Shown here: positions 26,892 through 40,266 of the stretch, piece after piece
Numbering within the stretch: the stretch's first letter is position 1
Layout: each line of letters begins with the position of its first letter
Assembly: GCA_000165425.1 (NCBI GenBank)
Contig: CT867995.1
Span: 209,173 to 273,172, forward strand
Direction of reading: 5' to 3'
Origin: Paramecium tetraurelia
Taxonomy: Eukaryota
DNA length: 64,000 nt
Notes under the pieces: generated by a model
The model's input: the letters and a program-made list of their open reading frames with translations, nothing else
Told to the model about the DNA's origin: nothing
Databases searched by the model: none
Position numbers and translations under genes: made by a program

Positions 26892-28416
26892 TCAAAATTT
26901 GCCTTAGTTTGAAATCAAACTAAGAATTTCATCTCCACAAGTTTCATCATATCTTTGTTCTTATTTTATGGCTGTTAATGCCTAAATAAGTTGAGTTATT
27001 TGATGCTCAGTGAGATTGAGTTCCTGGATTTACTCATCACTCATCTACATAAGCCTCTTCTCTTATATTTTGAAACCTTAGAGAATCTTATAGATATACT
27101 CTCCCTAAAAATTGATGTAAAATTAATACTTCTTGTAACTTCAAAATTTCTTCATAGAGTTTTTTCGAATAAGTAAGATAAGAATTAGTTTGTACATTAT
27201 TTTGTATTTTCATAGTGTAATTGCTACCCATTAACTATTTTTGGTCTGGAGTAACAGGAGCAGTGCGAGGCTTTTTTTGAGATTAATATTGTTGTTATTA
27301 ACTATTGAGTTTCTTCTTTTGTGTTTTGTAACCATCTGAAAAATCAGAACCTCTTCTAGATTGAGAATCAGAAGTTTTAGTGTTGGTGAGTGACTATTAA
27401 CAAAAGGGTTATCCTATTTCCATCTTCTCCCTGTTCTAGTAATCTTAAGGAATATAATTGGGTATGATAGGCCCCGAATAATTTGAGGTGTTTTTGTAGG
27501 GCTGTCTTTTCGCTTCTAGATGAATGTTGGGTTCTTCAATAACCCAAGAGTTTTCTGCAACTTACTTGCGCACCCTAAATGCACACTTTATATTTACCTT
27601 TTCTCCTATTCAGAATGAAAGAAAGCACATTCTCCTTATTTCTTCGAACAGCTCTACTATGTACAAGGCTTAGTTTTATAGATCAAAGGGTGGTATTCGT
27701 ACTCCTTCCATCCATGACAATATTGGCAGGCTTCTTAATCTGGACATCCTCCCTTGTCATAATTTAAAATTTGATTTGTTTTGTTCCAATGAGGACATTC
27801 TTTTGGCTGCAATATTTTTGGATCTCTTCTAAAATCCTAAGCATTGTGAGCATATACACAAGATGCTCTATCATGACTATCACGTTAAAAATAATTAAAT
27901 TTACTTGACCGTATGAGGACACCACACTGTTTTATATTGATACAGCCAAAAATTTTTATCTTAAACCATTCCATCCAATTTTACTGGGATAATTAACTCT
28001 TGCTCCGAATGAGCAAATGAGCAGTAAACCCCATATTCACAATCCTTTAAATGAGTACAATATTTTGTTTTATATCGATTTGGGTGATAGACTTGCTCAA
28101 CCTTATTGTGAGACCATTAGCACTAATCTCCTCTTGGGCATTTATTTGCTTATGGACACAATTAGCATCTATAAATAAAAAAAATAATTGTTATTCCTAT
28201 TTACTAGTATGATTGCTCCTTAAGATCGCGTCTTCGGTCAGATTCATCATGAAAAAAAGGACAAAACTTTTTTTAATCGATTTGATGTTAACTCTCACAC
28301 TTAAGGGTTTTAAATTGTTGATGGTCGATATGCACTCTTACTTGACAATTTTGATTGTAGGCATTCAAATTTGTGAGTGATGAATCATGGGAACGGACTC
28401 GTCTGCTGCAAAGCAT
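26892..28416 (-). CDS. Unkempt-like tandem CCCH zinc-finger protein
   Basis: FKTLKC..CPFFH..DRRRD, EQVYHPNRYKTKYC..CSFAH, YKTVWCP..HDRASCVYAHNAQDFRRDP, EYHPLIYKTKPC. Confidence 0.88.
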
Positions 28417-29269
28417 TCGTTAATAATCTATATATTATATTTATCAATCATTGTATAATAACTTTTTATAAACCCCTTTTCATCATAATAATATATATCT
28501 GATAAAGAAGAAATATCACTCATACTTTAATAATAAATGAATTTTTCGAATGGAATAGAAAATCAAAAATTAGATAATTTAAAGATAACGAAATACAGAG
28601 AAATAATTTATTATCTAAGAAGTGAAATATCAATTACATTAAAATCTTATTTTATAGTCTAATTCTGAATTACGCTAAAATAAAAAAATACCTTCTCTTA
28701 TGATAATGAAGGCTAACTAATTAAGAGGAAATCTCATTAATAATATTAATTAAGCGTATTATTATACATTCTCTATGGTTTATTTTAAGATTTATTAGTA
28801 AAGTGCCTAAAGTTGAGAGATTAAAAACTTGAAATTTAAAGAGTGCAAAAATAAAGATTGATATTTTTTTGATGTTTTTTGTTATATCTTAAATGATTTG
28901 CTCTTTAATCATAAAATGAGTGTTTCACTGATTTCAATTTTTTAAAAATTAACTTTTATATCTAAATATTGTGTGCTGTAAGTTTGGAGTTAAAAATTTG
29001 AAAATGAACATACCATTGCAACAAATAAAATATTCCAATAGTTTAGTTATTTTGAATCAAGAATGCTGATTGAATATCAAGTTTGAAAAAGAGACTATTA
29101 GGTACAAAAATAATGTAAAATCCTCTTGAAAGGACTCAGGACTAAATTCACATTTTAAAAGGTTATAATTAATCTTCCTAAGATCTTCATCTTTCATTTA
29201 TCTTCTGAAAAATTTAATATAAAATAAATAGTTTGCCTTTTATAATAGAGTATTTAATTGTTTAATCTT

Positions 29270-30029
29270 TCATCAATACTGTGCAGAACTTTACAGCTTG
29301 CTTACAGTCTACAGGACGGAGTAGTTACTATTATCTTTTTTTATTTTTTCTATTCCTCTGAACCATCGAACTTATTGGAATCGTTTATTTTGGCAGCCTT
29401 TTACTTTTAAATAAATTTGAACATATTGTGGTTCCTATCCCAAAGAAGATATTCTTTGTATATTTTTTCTCCTCGCTTTTAATGCACAGTTTTCGTCTAT
29501 ATCTTTTAATAGTTAAGCCTCTACTTTAATCACTTTTAACCAAATTAGCATTTGCATTCTAACTTTGCAAATATGATAATCTCAATTCATTACACATCTA
29601 GTTATTCACAGTAGTTGCTGATTATTATTGAGCTAGGTTTTTAAATGTCCTTGTAATTAAGGGGCTATGAATGATGAACTTTATCAAATTCATCTATGCA
29701 ACTCAGAATCAAATAATTTTATTGTTTGCCATTAAGAGTTGTTTTTTATCTGTTTAGGTCTTGAAATGTAAGAATATCAATATCAACAGTTTCAGTTTAA
29801 TTTCTTTTTGCAGATGATAAAATCTCTAGAAAGATAGGATATAATTTTAATTCTCAGTTTAGAAGTTATAACTCAAGATAGAATGTTTAAAGTTTGCAAT
29901 CCAAGAATCTCCTGATTATTTGATTCAACATTAATAGTTCACATTTCATTATTTGCATTAAAATTTTTGATGTAAGTGATTTATCAAGGAAGTTTCTTTC
30001 AACATTTTTTTTTCAAGGAGATCTTCCAT
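29270..30029 (-). pseudogene. Possible decayed gene remnant
   Basis: Typical start context (AAAAAATGGAA) but TGA stops soon occur in all frames; a ~140-codon open stretch remains downstream. Confidence 0.25.
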
Positions 30030-30216
30030 TTTTTAATTTTTTTTAATTAGTAATTATCTGATTCTAAATTCATTAAGAAAATAGTTTCTTAATCTAATAT
30101 CTACTAGATTTACGACCTTTGTAATTAATTAGTCTATTATATTGTTGCTTGTAAGTATATTAATAATAAAATTATATTTTAGATGATTAATTTAAAATAA
30201 TTATTATACGGAGTAA

Positions 30217-31457
30217 ATGTTTGATAATTAATTTAGCAAAGGATTTTATTCTGTGAATTCTACAATTCAAGAAGGATATGCGTATGCAATCTCTTCAAAA
30301 TGGTACTGGTTTATATTAATTTTCAGGTTCAGAAATTTTAAGACTCTCTTAATGAATCCAAACGGAGTTGATATTTCAAAAATAGGATCAATTCAAAATC
30401 ACAATATCTATGACACTATTTATGAAATTGATCCAAAATTAGATGGCTTCTTGATACCTGAATAATATAAAATTAATTTTCATAGAGTTTTTAAGTTGAT
30501 ACCAGGGCTTATTTATTGTCAAGATTACGAAATTGTTTCAATAGATGTTTGGAAATTTCTCAAAATGTATTATAATGCAGGTAAACAGTATGATGAAAAA
30601 TGAATTTAGATTATGAAGTAATCGTGTTTGTTACTAAAGTTCTACCTGGTTTAAAAAATTACTCCTTTTGTGACAATTTAGAAGAGGGATTATGCGTTTG
30701 CAATGAGATATTCTACTTGGTTTTGGTGATTGTAGAATTAGATGATAAGAGTAAGCTGCTGGCCATCAAAATGCCAGCATGTCCTTGGATGGATTTGAAT
30801 AAATTTCGAACTTTTCTGTTCTCCAACACTGAATATGAATTGGACTGGTAAAAATTTATTAACCATGGTCATCTCTACTATGACGGGAAAAAAGTGCCAT
30901 TTAAAGGCAATAAGCTCTTAAAAGACATGGGAATAACAAAAGAGACCTAAATAATCCTATCATGCCCAAATTTAACTTTTGAGGACATCGAAGAAGAGAT
31001 TGAAACTGATGGAGAAGAACAATAAGTTCAATAAGGTAAAATAGTTAAATAAGCTAGTAGATTTACATACCAAGTAGGAATTCTTAGAGATTTTAGAACA
31101 AAATATGAAGCATCAATCAAATGAATTGATTCTGAAATCCCAATAAGAAATTTAGTAATCTTTAGAGTAAAATGATTTCTTTTAAGTTTGAATTTAATTA
31201 ATAAATAATTAAACAAATATGAATTACTATTGCAAAAATTGGAGTGATAAAGAATATGATTTTTAAACAAATGCTATTCAATTTTTTCATCAAAATTAAA
31301 AGAAGAGTCTTAACAGATTTTAAATGAAAACGTAATGCTCTCTTAAATTATTTTTATTTCAAAATTAGATTTATAATATGGTTATAGTATTTCTAACATA
31401 TCAATTCTACTTAAATCTGCATTATGTGAGTAATAATCAAAATTCATTAACTGTTGA
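30217..31457 (+). CDS. DUSP-domain protein with putative ubiquitin-like segment, no USP catalytic domain seen
   Basis: YAISSKWF...IGSIQN...LIPGLIYCQDYEIVSIDVWKFLKMYY (DUSP); LYYDGKKV..NKLLKDMGI; 3' end approximate. Confidence 0.65.
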
Positions 31458-31595
31458 TTTTATTAGAAAATTTGCAAAATTTTTGACTTTATTAGAATTT
31501 GAATTAGTTTCTTAGTCAATTTAATAGGCTCTTGAATTATTAAGTTCTTTTGTGTTTGTTATGTTAATTATTAAATAATTAATTAAAAAATTAAT

Positions 31596-31603
31596 AAAAA
31601 AAA
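31596..31603 (-). terminator. RNA polymerase III T-tract terminator of tRNA-Lys
   Basis: T8 run on the minus strand 4 nt downstream of the tRNA 3' end. Confidence 0.75.
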
Positions 31604-31607
31604 GAAC

Positions 31608-31681
31608 CGCCCTCCAAGGGGGTCGAACCCTTGACATTTGGCTTAAAAGGCCAACGCTCTGACCAACTGAGCTAGGAGGGC
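31608..31681 (-). tRNA. tRNA-Lys (anticodon UUU)
   Basis: Minus strand GCCCTCCTAGCTCAGTTGGTCAGAGCGTTGGCCTTTTAAGCCAAATGTCAAGGGTTCGACCCCCTTGGAGGGCG folds as a cloverleaf with A/B boxes; anticodon loop CT-TTT-AA. Confidence 0.96.
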
Positions 31682-31970
31682 TAGCTTGATAGTTATTATG
31701 CATGAATTTAATAAATAGTCTGATATGGATCATTTGAAATTTGGTTCATGTTTAATTGATACTTCTGTTGATGTGGGAGAATGGATATTTAGTTTTGGTA
31801 GATTGGTACGGAATCTTGAGAAGGGTTGGCAAACTTAGAGAATTTGTATTAGTGGAAGGGGTCTTGCGATTTGTTTGGCACTGCAGATCTACTAATTAGG
31901 AGAATGCTCGGAACAGTAAAATAAGTGAAATATATAAATAATTTCCATAAAGCCATTTATTTATATAATG

Positions 31971-33264
31971 TCATTTGTTTATTGAATTGATTTAAAAAAT
32001 TTTAATGTTTAGTGCTTCGGATATTTATCTTGCCACATTATATAGAAAATGAATATGAATTAAAAAACTAGCAGTGGCAGCAAATTAAATTAAAAATCCT
32101 TCGTTGATAATAGATTGCCCAAGTATTTATCCGGAAATTGTATTCAGGAAAATGACAACATAGATGTAAATTGAATTTTAATATTCTGGTAACTTTTGAT
32201 TACTGACATGATTAAGCGCAACAACACCAACTGCTTTTGACATAGTGAATCCAACAGTATACATATAAGCTCTGACATGATTTTAAATCACATTACTTTG
32301 AGAAAATATGATGCTGTAGAGAATGACAATGTTAAAAATGAAAAAATATCTTAGTTACTTTAATAAGGAAGTGATGGAAGTAAACTTTTTGATTTTGAGG
32401 AACCTAATAGTTTAAAGCGTATATTTTACACAGCTGGCATAGTTATAATAACCGAAATAATGAAAATAAGCATAACAAATTAGTTGATCTGATAATTGAA
32501 GAACCATGGCAATTTTTATACCCACATGTCGCATCCTAATTAAGTGTTAATCAATACCATAATAGGCAGTTGCTGCAAAGATTACGGCCACACTTACGGT
32601 ACCTTCTGCGGCCGCGTTGATAATTGGCAAATTCATCTCGTGTGTGTAATATTCTTCATGAGCGATGATATAAAATGGTACAGAGGGGATAATGTAGAGG
32701 ATGACGGAGAAAATGGTATTGCCAAATTGCATTGCAGTAGTCATGCTAGTGCCTATTGGAAGAACATAAAAGCAAGATGAATACCCTATAGCAAGATGAT
32801 CATGGAATCGAAATTGTGATCCAAAATCATTCCCAGAGGTGAGGAATTTTCTTATAAACATTTATTTTATTTTTACTTGTTCTCCTAGCTTGCTTTCCGT
32901 CCAAATTGTCGAAATTCTTCTTAGTATACATATATTACCATATAGAGCATGTGCAAGAGGGCTGTAAGCCAGAGCAACCAATTTGGTATCAATCCCGCAA
33001 AGTTGTCACCCATCACAAAAAAGTAGAGTATATGTGGTAAGATTATACATGCCAGTCCCATCAATGTTAATACATTAGGTCTAATAATAAGGGTTGGATC
33101 AAATTCGAATACGCAACATTCATGGGTACAAATCTTAGCCATAATTCAGCGAAAGGAGAGAGGATGTAATTGTATAAGAGGGACTGATCTGTACCCTTAT
33201 AACGATAACTCTTCAAGTAATGTAAATGTGTGGATGCAATAAAATCGTAGTTGAGGTATTTCAT
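31971..33264 (-). CDS. Choline/ethanolamine phosphotransferase (CDP-alcohol phosphatidyltransferase)
   Basis: YRYKGTDQSLLYNYILSPF..VPMNVAPNVLTLMG and DNLDGKQARR...PLGMILDHNCD signature. Confidence 0.93.
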
Positions 33265-33484
33265 AAATTAAAATTATTTTATCTTTTTGCATACTTTTCC
33301 ATAATCTTTTGGATTTTTCAATTTCTCACATGTAGACCTTCACTTTTTGTTTGAATAATTATTCTAAATAGATTAAAATGCATAGTGATAATCAAAATAT
33401 TTAATACAATCGAAAGAATTTGATTGTTTTATTAATTTTTTAATATATCATTGTATAATTTAATTAATATTCAATAATATTTTA

Positions 33485-35092
33485 ATGTCAAGCACTTACT
33501 TGGAATAGGTGAGAGCGGCCTTTTCTCAGATCGAAGTCATTGAAAAGACCATTGTATTTTGTATGCAGAGCAAACAAGTGATTCCAAATTAGTCCGTGCT
33601 GCTGGATCATAGAATCCACAATTTGATTTAAATGGCGCAGAAGACAGCAGCCGATGCGTTGATATTAATTGATGGTGCCGATGGTTGGAAGAAGGAAGAG
33701 ATGAATTATCTCTAAGGAGTTGGAGGCTCTGGTGATGTCTGGGAAAACTTCTACGAAAGATTTAAGGAAATCAAGGATTATCACAAGAGAGTCACCAATG
33801 TTTAAACTATGCAAAATAAAGTATGTTATCTTAATATAAAATTGTGCAGGTCGAATTTTACTATGAATAAGCATTTGCACCGCCATTCAAAGAACCCTAT
33901 TTCTCCGGAGAAGAACATCATGGTAGATTTCTTGATATGCATGCTAGCTATAAGGAATTCTTGAATCTCAAAAAGTTAAAGGAAAGTAACAAAATCAAAA
34001 TTGGGGATTATTTGTGGTATTTGCAAAACTTTTAAAATTTTCATGATATCCCACTCTATATCAAAGAAAAGGAAGGAAGTAAATACAAGAGATATCTCAT
34101 CAATATGTTGGATTATTTTGCGTAGTTTTTAATTAAAGAGTAGATCATTAATTTATTTTAGGTAAATCCTTTATAAGATGTTAGCAAGATTGAATAAAAA
34201 ATAGATATTGAATTTTAAACCTAATGGGAAAATGGTTAAGTTAAGGGTTGGGAACATCGAAAAGAAGAGACTGAAGAAATCAGAGGACATCCTCATTAAT
34301 TGTGAAGCATGTCAAAAGAAATTCTAAAATGAAAATACCTTCGTAAATCATTTTGATGGCAAAAAAACACAAAGCATTGGCTAAACTAAAAGAAAAACAA
34401 ATAGAACAAGTCATTTAAGCTAGCAATCAATAAGAATTACCCAAGGAAGACAATGAAGGACAAAGGAAAAAGAAGATGGCTTATTTAGAAGTGGCCATCT
34501 TATAATATAAGGATACCCTATAATAACAATTGAATGACACAATGAATTTAGTGAGAAAGAAATAAAGTAGAAGATATGAAGAAAATGAAGATGATGAGGC
34601 TGTTCCAGTCTAAGATTAATAATTAGGTTCATATAATAATTATATAATATAGATCAACCTGAAGAAGCCAGTAGTGAAGATGAAAGTCCAATCTATAATC
34701 CAAAGAATTTACCATTGGGATGGGATGGAAGACCTATTCCATATTGGCTATACAAATTACATGGTTTGGGTGTTGAATATAAATGCGAAATATGTGGAAA
34801 TACATCCTATTGGGGAAGGAAGGCTTTTGAGGATCATTTTCAAGGTTGGAGACATTCTTATGGCATGAGGTATATGATTTTGTAATTTTTTAGATGTCTG
34901 AGAATACCAAATACTTTGCATTTTAAGGAAATCACTAAAATTTAAGATGCTATCAGTTTGTACAAAAAAATCCAATACGATCAGGAAAGAAGCAAGTTCA
35001 GACCAGAATATGAGGAGGAATATGAGGATACAGATGGAAATCTGTTAAATAAGAAAACTTATTATGATTTAAAAAAGTAGGGATTGTTATGA
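33485..35092 (+). CDS. SF3A3: Splicing factor 3a subunit 3 (Prp9), two apparent +1 frameshifts in this sequence
   Basis: [72 protein letters not shown]-terminal YYDLKKQGLL. Confidence 0.93.
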
Positions 35093-35143
35093 AAATATAA
35101 GCCGTGATATAAGTTAAAATATAAAAAAATATTTCTGGTTTTA

Positions 35144-36139
35144 ATGAATCAGTGGAAATTCGTTCGTAATGCTGTTGGATTGTTTGGTTCTGCAGTTCAT
35201 GAAGGATAAACAAAAACAGGAACAGAATTGGCACCAAGAGCACTCAGAGAGGGTGGTCTCATATCAGCCTTGTATAATTTGGGTTGGGAAATTAATGATA
35301 TGGGAGATATCTAAGGTAAGAATTACAGACTCCACAACGTCAAAAGTCAATAGTTTCGTAACAGTCAACAAATAGGTGTTATCAATGGAGAAATCAATAA
35401 GAAATCCTTTGATATTGCTAAACAAAATAAATTCATGCTGAATATTGGAGGAGATCATAGTGTAGCCAGTGGGTCCATTCATGGTTTGTTACAACATTAT
35501 GGAGATGATTTAAGAGTTGTTTGGGTAGATGCTCACGCTGATTGCAATTATGAGATTGGACCAAATAGAAATTATCATGGAATGCCATTGGCTCATCTAT
35601 ATGGTTCCATAGTAGAACCAATCAAAAGGTTTTGAGTGGTTAAAGCACAGATTGGATCCAAAGAATCTCATTTACGTTGCCATTAGAGATATAGATCCTA
35701 TGGAAAGAGAATTTATTAGAGACTAGAAGATAGTATATTATGGTATGGATGAAATCATAGAATTGGGTATTGGGTAAGTGATGAATAGAATTCTTAAATA
35801 ATTTGAAGGAAAACCTATTCATGTGAGTTTCGATGTTGATTCAATTGACCCTGAATTTGCACATGGAACTGGTACTCTTGTGGATGGAGGAATTACTTAT
35901 AGAGAAGCTCACTATTTACTTAGGAAATTAGCATCATCAAAATAATTAGTAGGAATGGACTTGGTTGAAGTAAATCCTTAATTGGAAACAACCCCTGAAT
36001 TTAGAGAAGAGTTTTTTGGTGACTTTTAATAAGTATTATAAAATATTGAAAATAGATTGGTCGCATTCAAGGAACATAAACAGTGGCTTTAGGAATTGAA
36101 TTAATAGCTTCTGCATTAGGTAGAACACTTGTCTTGTGA
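35144..36139 (+). CDS. Arginase, frame interrupted at 35624-35635
   Basis: GGDHS, WVDAHADCN, NYHGMP, IRDID, SFDVDSIDP..GTGT, DLVEVNP ureohydrolase motifs all intact. Confidence 0.93.
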
Positions 36140-36714
36140 ATATTGTATATATATCTAAAAATAAATTGAAATTTAAATTTTATTTATGATATTTGAATTT
36201 GCATAAATATTCCAAAAAACAATATTGTCTATTTCATTAAATGTTATTTCATTAATTCTTGATTTAAACGTTGAAAATATGAATTAAAGAATAAATTATT
36301 TCATTATATGAATAAATGCATGATAATATATAGTTGAGAATTAACAGATTTATTATTTAGAAATGTGAACTTATTACTCAAATATTATGAGCATTCTAAC
36401 CTACTTAAAATCAAATATTCCATTAGAACTATAAAATAATAAACTATATTAAAAATCAAAAAAGAATTCATTTAAAAATAATCTTAACATCTCTCTACCT
36501 TGTTTTGATGTAGTATTTTCAATTATATGAAAGATTAATAAATAAAAGTTTTAAATTTAGGTTTATTTTTATGAATATAATTTCTATATTATCATAAATA
36601 TAAATATAGTTTATGCAACTTATTCTAAACCGACCAATCATAAGAGAGAATCACTTATTTTAATAATGTTGATAAACCTTATAATAAATTCAAAAATAAA
36701 TTAAGGAATAATAA

Positions 36715-37137
<423 letters not shown>

Positions 37138-37337
37138 TTAAATCATAATAAATTCAATTAATATTGATATTCTCTTAATTTTTTAAGATATGTTTAATGT
37201 AATAACTCAAAATAATTTAAAAGGTTTTATTTCTAAAATTATACTGTATTTTGCATTTTCAGATGAGCATAATAATACTTTGAAAATAAAAGAATTTCAA
37301 ATTCAAATTTTATATTATAATTAACAAATATTAATTT

Positions 37338-38463
37338 TCATTTAATTTTAGAATAAATTTATTTCTTTTTGACAACTTTTTATGTTTAACTTTAGGGCTT
37401 AGTTGCTTTTTTAGTAACAGAAGATTATGCTCTAGATGATTTTCTGTTTGATTTAGGTGTATCAAGTATTTTTGAGTGATTCATTGTTTAGAGATTCTCT
37501 TTTGAAGAAATATTTAATTTAGAGGGTTTCAATATTGATTTTTAATTTGGTGGAAGTTACTCAAAGCTTTAACTAACTGATGTAGGCATTGGAGGTTTGC
37601 AATCAGATCTCTGTAATGAAGATCGATTTAGCTTTTCAACTGACTTACGATCTGTGTCACAATTCTTAGTTTCTTTCCTTTCAGATCTCTCTGATCTTAA
37701 TGTTTTTTGTTGCGATTACTATTTTCCATTCAATAAGTTCATATATTTATCTTCGATTTTACTTTTCTCTACCTATAATTTTGCATTCCTCTCCTCTAAT
37801 TAATAAATTTGCTCACTCAATACTCTGGTTCTCTCTTCAACAAGATGATGAATATCTTATTATGAGCTTTATTATCTACTCTCTAGTAACTAAATGTTCT
37901 TGTCTATCAATTGTTATTTTTCCTATTGAATTAAAATTAATAAATACTTATTCTAATTGGAGTACAAGATTATACAATTTCATATTTTTTTCTTTATATA
38001 CTTTTTTTAATTCTTCCAATTCTTCATTGAACGAATTTATTTTATTTTTTAACTAATTATTTTCAACATCGTAGTATTCCTTTTATGACTTTAATTGCTT
38101 TGCATGCGCCTATTTGATCAGCTCTAGCTCATCTGAATTTGTTTGATGCTCTTGTTCATATTTCTCATATTTCTCTAATTTTTCTTTCAATTCTTAATTC
38201 TCTATTCTCAATTTAACAATTCTGTCAGCTTCACTTGGTTATACAAGAATTGGAGGTTTGCTATCTACTATGAATTGCAATTCCTTAGATCCGCTTTCAT
38301 CATGAACTGGAGATTTTTTGATTTTTTCTAATGAGGTGTAAGAATCCCTTTTAGTTTTAAAGTGTTTTTCTTCGCTCTAGCATTCTTATGTGATTTTTTT
38401 TCTGAATTATTCAAATTATTCCCAATGATTGGAATTATTATCAATTGACTAGTCTGAACTCAT
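37338..38463 (-). CDS. Hypothetical coiled-coil protein
   Basis: Long E/K/Q-rich code-6 frame from MSSDQSIDNNSNHW to ...IYSKIK-TGA; at least one intron inferred. Confidence 0.7.
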
Positions 38464-40266
38464 AGCAGTTAATAAAATTTCAAATATATATTAATTAAAA
38501 TTATCATCTTTTTTAAAATATATTCAACATATGCATTAAAGAGTAACATCAATTAAAGAATCCAAAAGCAAGGGTTTTTATTACACACCCAATTTTGATT
38601 TATCATATTTGTATTAAAAATAATAAAACTTTGTATTATAGTAATATATTCTTAATTCTGAATTATTTGATAAACTTATTTTTTATTGATTCATCCTATT
38701 GATATTAACATAAAGAAAGATAATCAATTATTTCGTAAACTTTTACAAGGTACTGTTTATGATAACTAATATTTAGTAAATATTCAAAAATACATATATG
38801 AGCAAAGTCATATTTAAAGGAGTCAAGGTTGGTTTTAAGAGTCTTTGTACTTTAATTGTTAATAGAAATTTTAATTGATTGAGCATATTCTATGGCTATA
38901 TTATAATTTAATTTAATTCCTATACACTTTTTTGAGATATTGTTAATTTTTATGAATCAAGTCAAAATGTTATGGTGGTTTTTAATTAGTTGGCTATCTA
39001 TTTGATATGATTATACAAGTTTTGTTCTTATTCATTATTTAGAATGAGTCATTAGTCTAATTGATAAAGTACCCTCCAATAGTAGTTTTTCAGAGGATGC
39101 TTAAAGATAGTAATTATATATTAAATCAAAAGGATGAATGATTGGCTTAAAAATTTTAGATTACATGTAAATATTTTCATAGTAATTAGATGCCAACTTA
39201 TAATTCAAATTATTCAAAAATATTAAAACATATTAGTAGACTTGTGCGTAGTTTATTATGGAAAAGTAATACGAAATACAGGGATTCAATATGAATTTGA
39301 TAATGAGGATGAATTTAAAACACATAATACAGAATTTTTCCTATATTATATAAAAAGATATTAGAAAATCAAAAATTTTTTTTTAAATTAAGGAATTATC
39401 ATCCTTATTGCTCTATTATTTATAAGGTTTGAAAATAAAAATCAATATCAATACTGAAATTTGGATTGAATTCTGTAAGAATATATAAATAAAAACTAAA
39501 TGATATTGCCTTCTATCAACGAAAAACGGACATATTTCTTAAATCTTTGATTGCAAATAGAACATTAATTGTTATTGGATTTGATTCATAATTAATCAAT
39601 CAAAACTCAAATTCTAAATGTTACAAATTTATTCGTACTTTTCAGACAATTTTACAATATTTAATAATTATTCCCCTATATGCAATAATAGTTTAATCTG
39701 TTAAGTGAGTGTAAATAATAATAAGTATTCTAGTATTATAGTTATAAGAATTTGCTGCAAATGAGAAAGTATGACCTAAATAAACAAATCTTAAATGTTT
39801 GAGTAATTTAATAATTCTTTATTTCAGCTATAATTTAAAAATTCAACAGAATCAATAGCCAAAAATTCCCCTAGCAATAGGGTTGAATATCTAATCTCAA
39901 AATTCGATTCTTTTTCCTCTCCATTTATCAAGTTTCCATTTTATTGCTGTTCTTTGCAGAAATGTCTAATTTATTGATACAAGATTTTCTTCTAAAATCT
40001 TGTCTTTAATGGACTAATTCAACATGGAAACAGCTAAAAAAAGGTATAGATGAAAGTGCGATATCATATATGAAAAGATGGATACCTAAGCTTGGAAATA
40101 TAAAGATAATTAAAATTCAATTAATCCAAGATTAGATAATTTTGGGAATACTATTGAAGGTGTAAAGGGTGGGTTGATGTAAATTAGATAGTGATACGAT
40201 TATGATTTGATCATATTAGGATGTTTTTTAATATTAGTAAAAATAAAAAGTATATTAAAATAATTT

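Noticed and set aside
26832..26900. Read-through fusion of the Unkempt-like and ANP32-like genes
   Set aside because: An in-frame TGA at 26892-26894 ends the upstream gene.
31730..31930. Telomerase RNA or spliceosomal snRNA
   Set aside because: No CAACCCCAA-type template and no U1/U2/U5/U6 signature motifs recognised.
31940..31990. Selenocysteine read-through at the phosphotransferase TGA (vertebrate SELENOI analogy)
   Set aside because: The protein is complete at the TGA, AT-rich spacer follows, and I could not see a SECIS.
34111..34170. Obligatory frameshift in SF3A3 at the T-runs
   Set aside because: Reading through the putative 22-nt intron keeps the frame, so this site alone is ambiguous.
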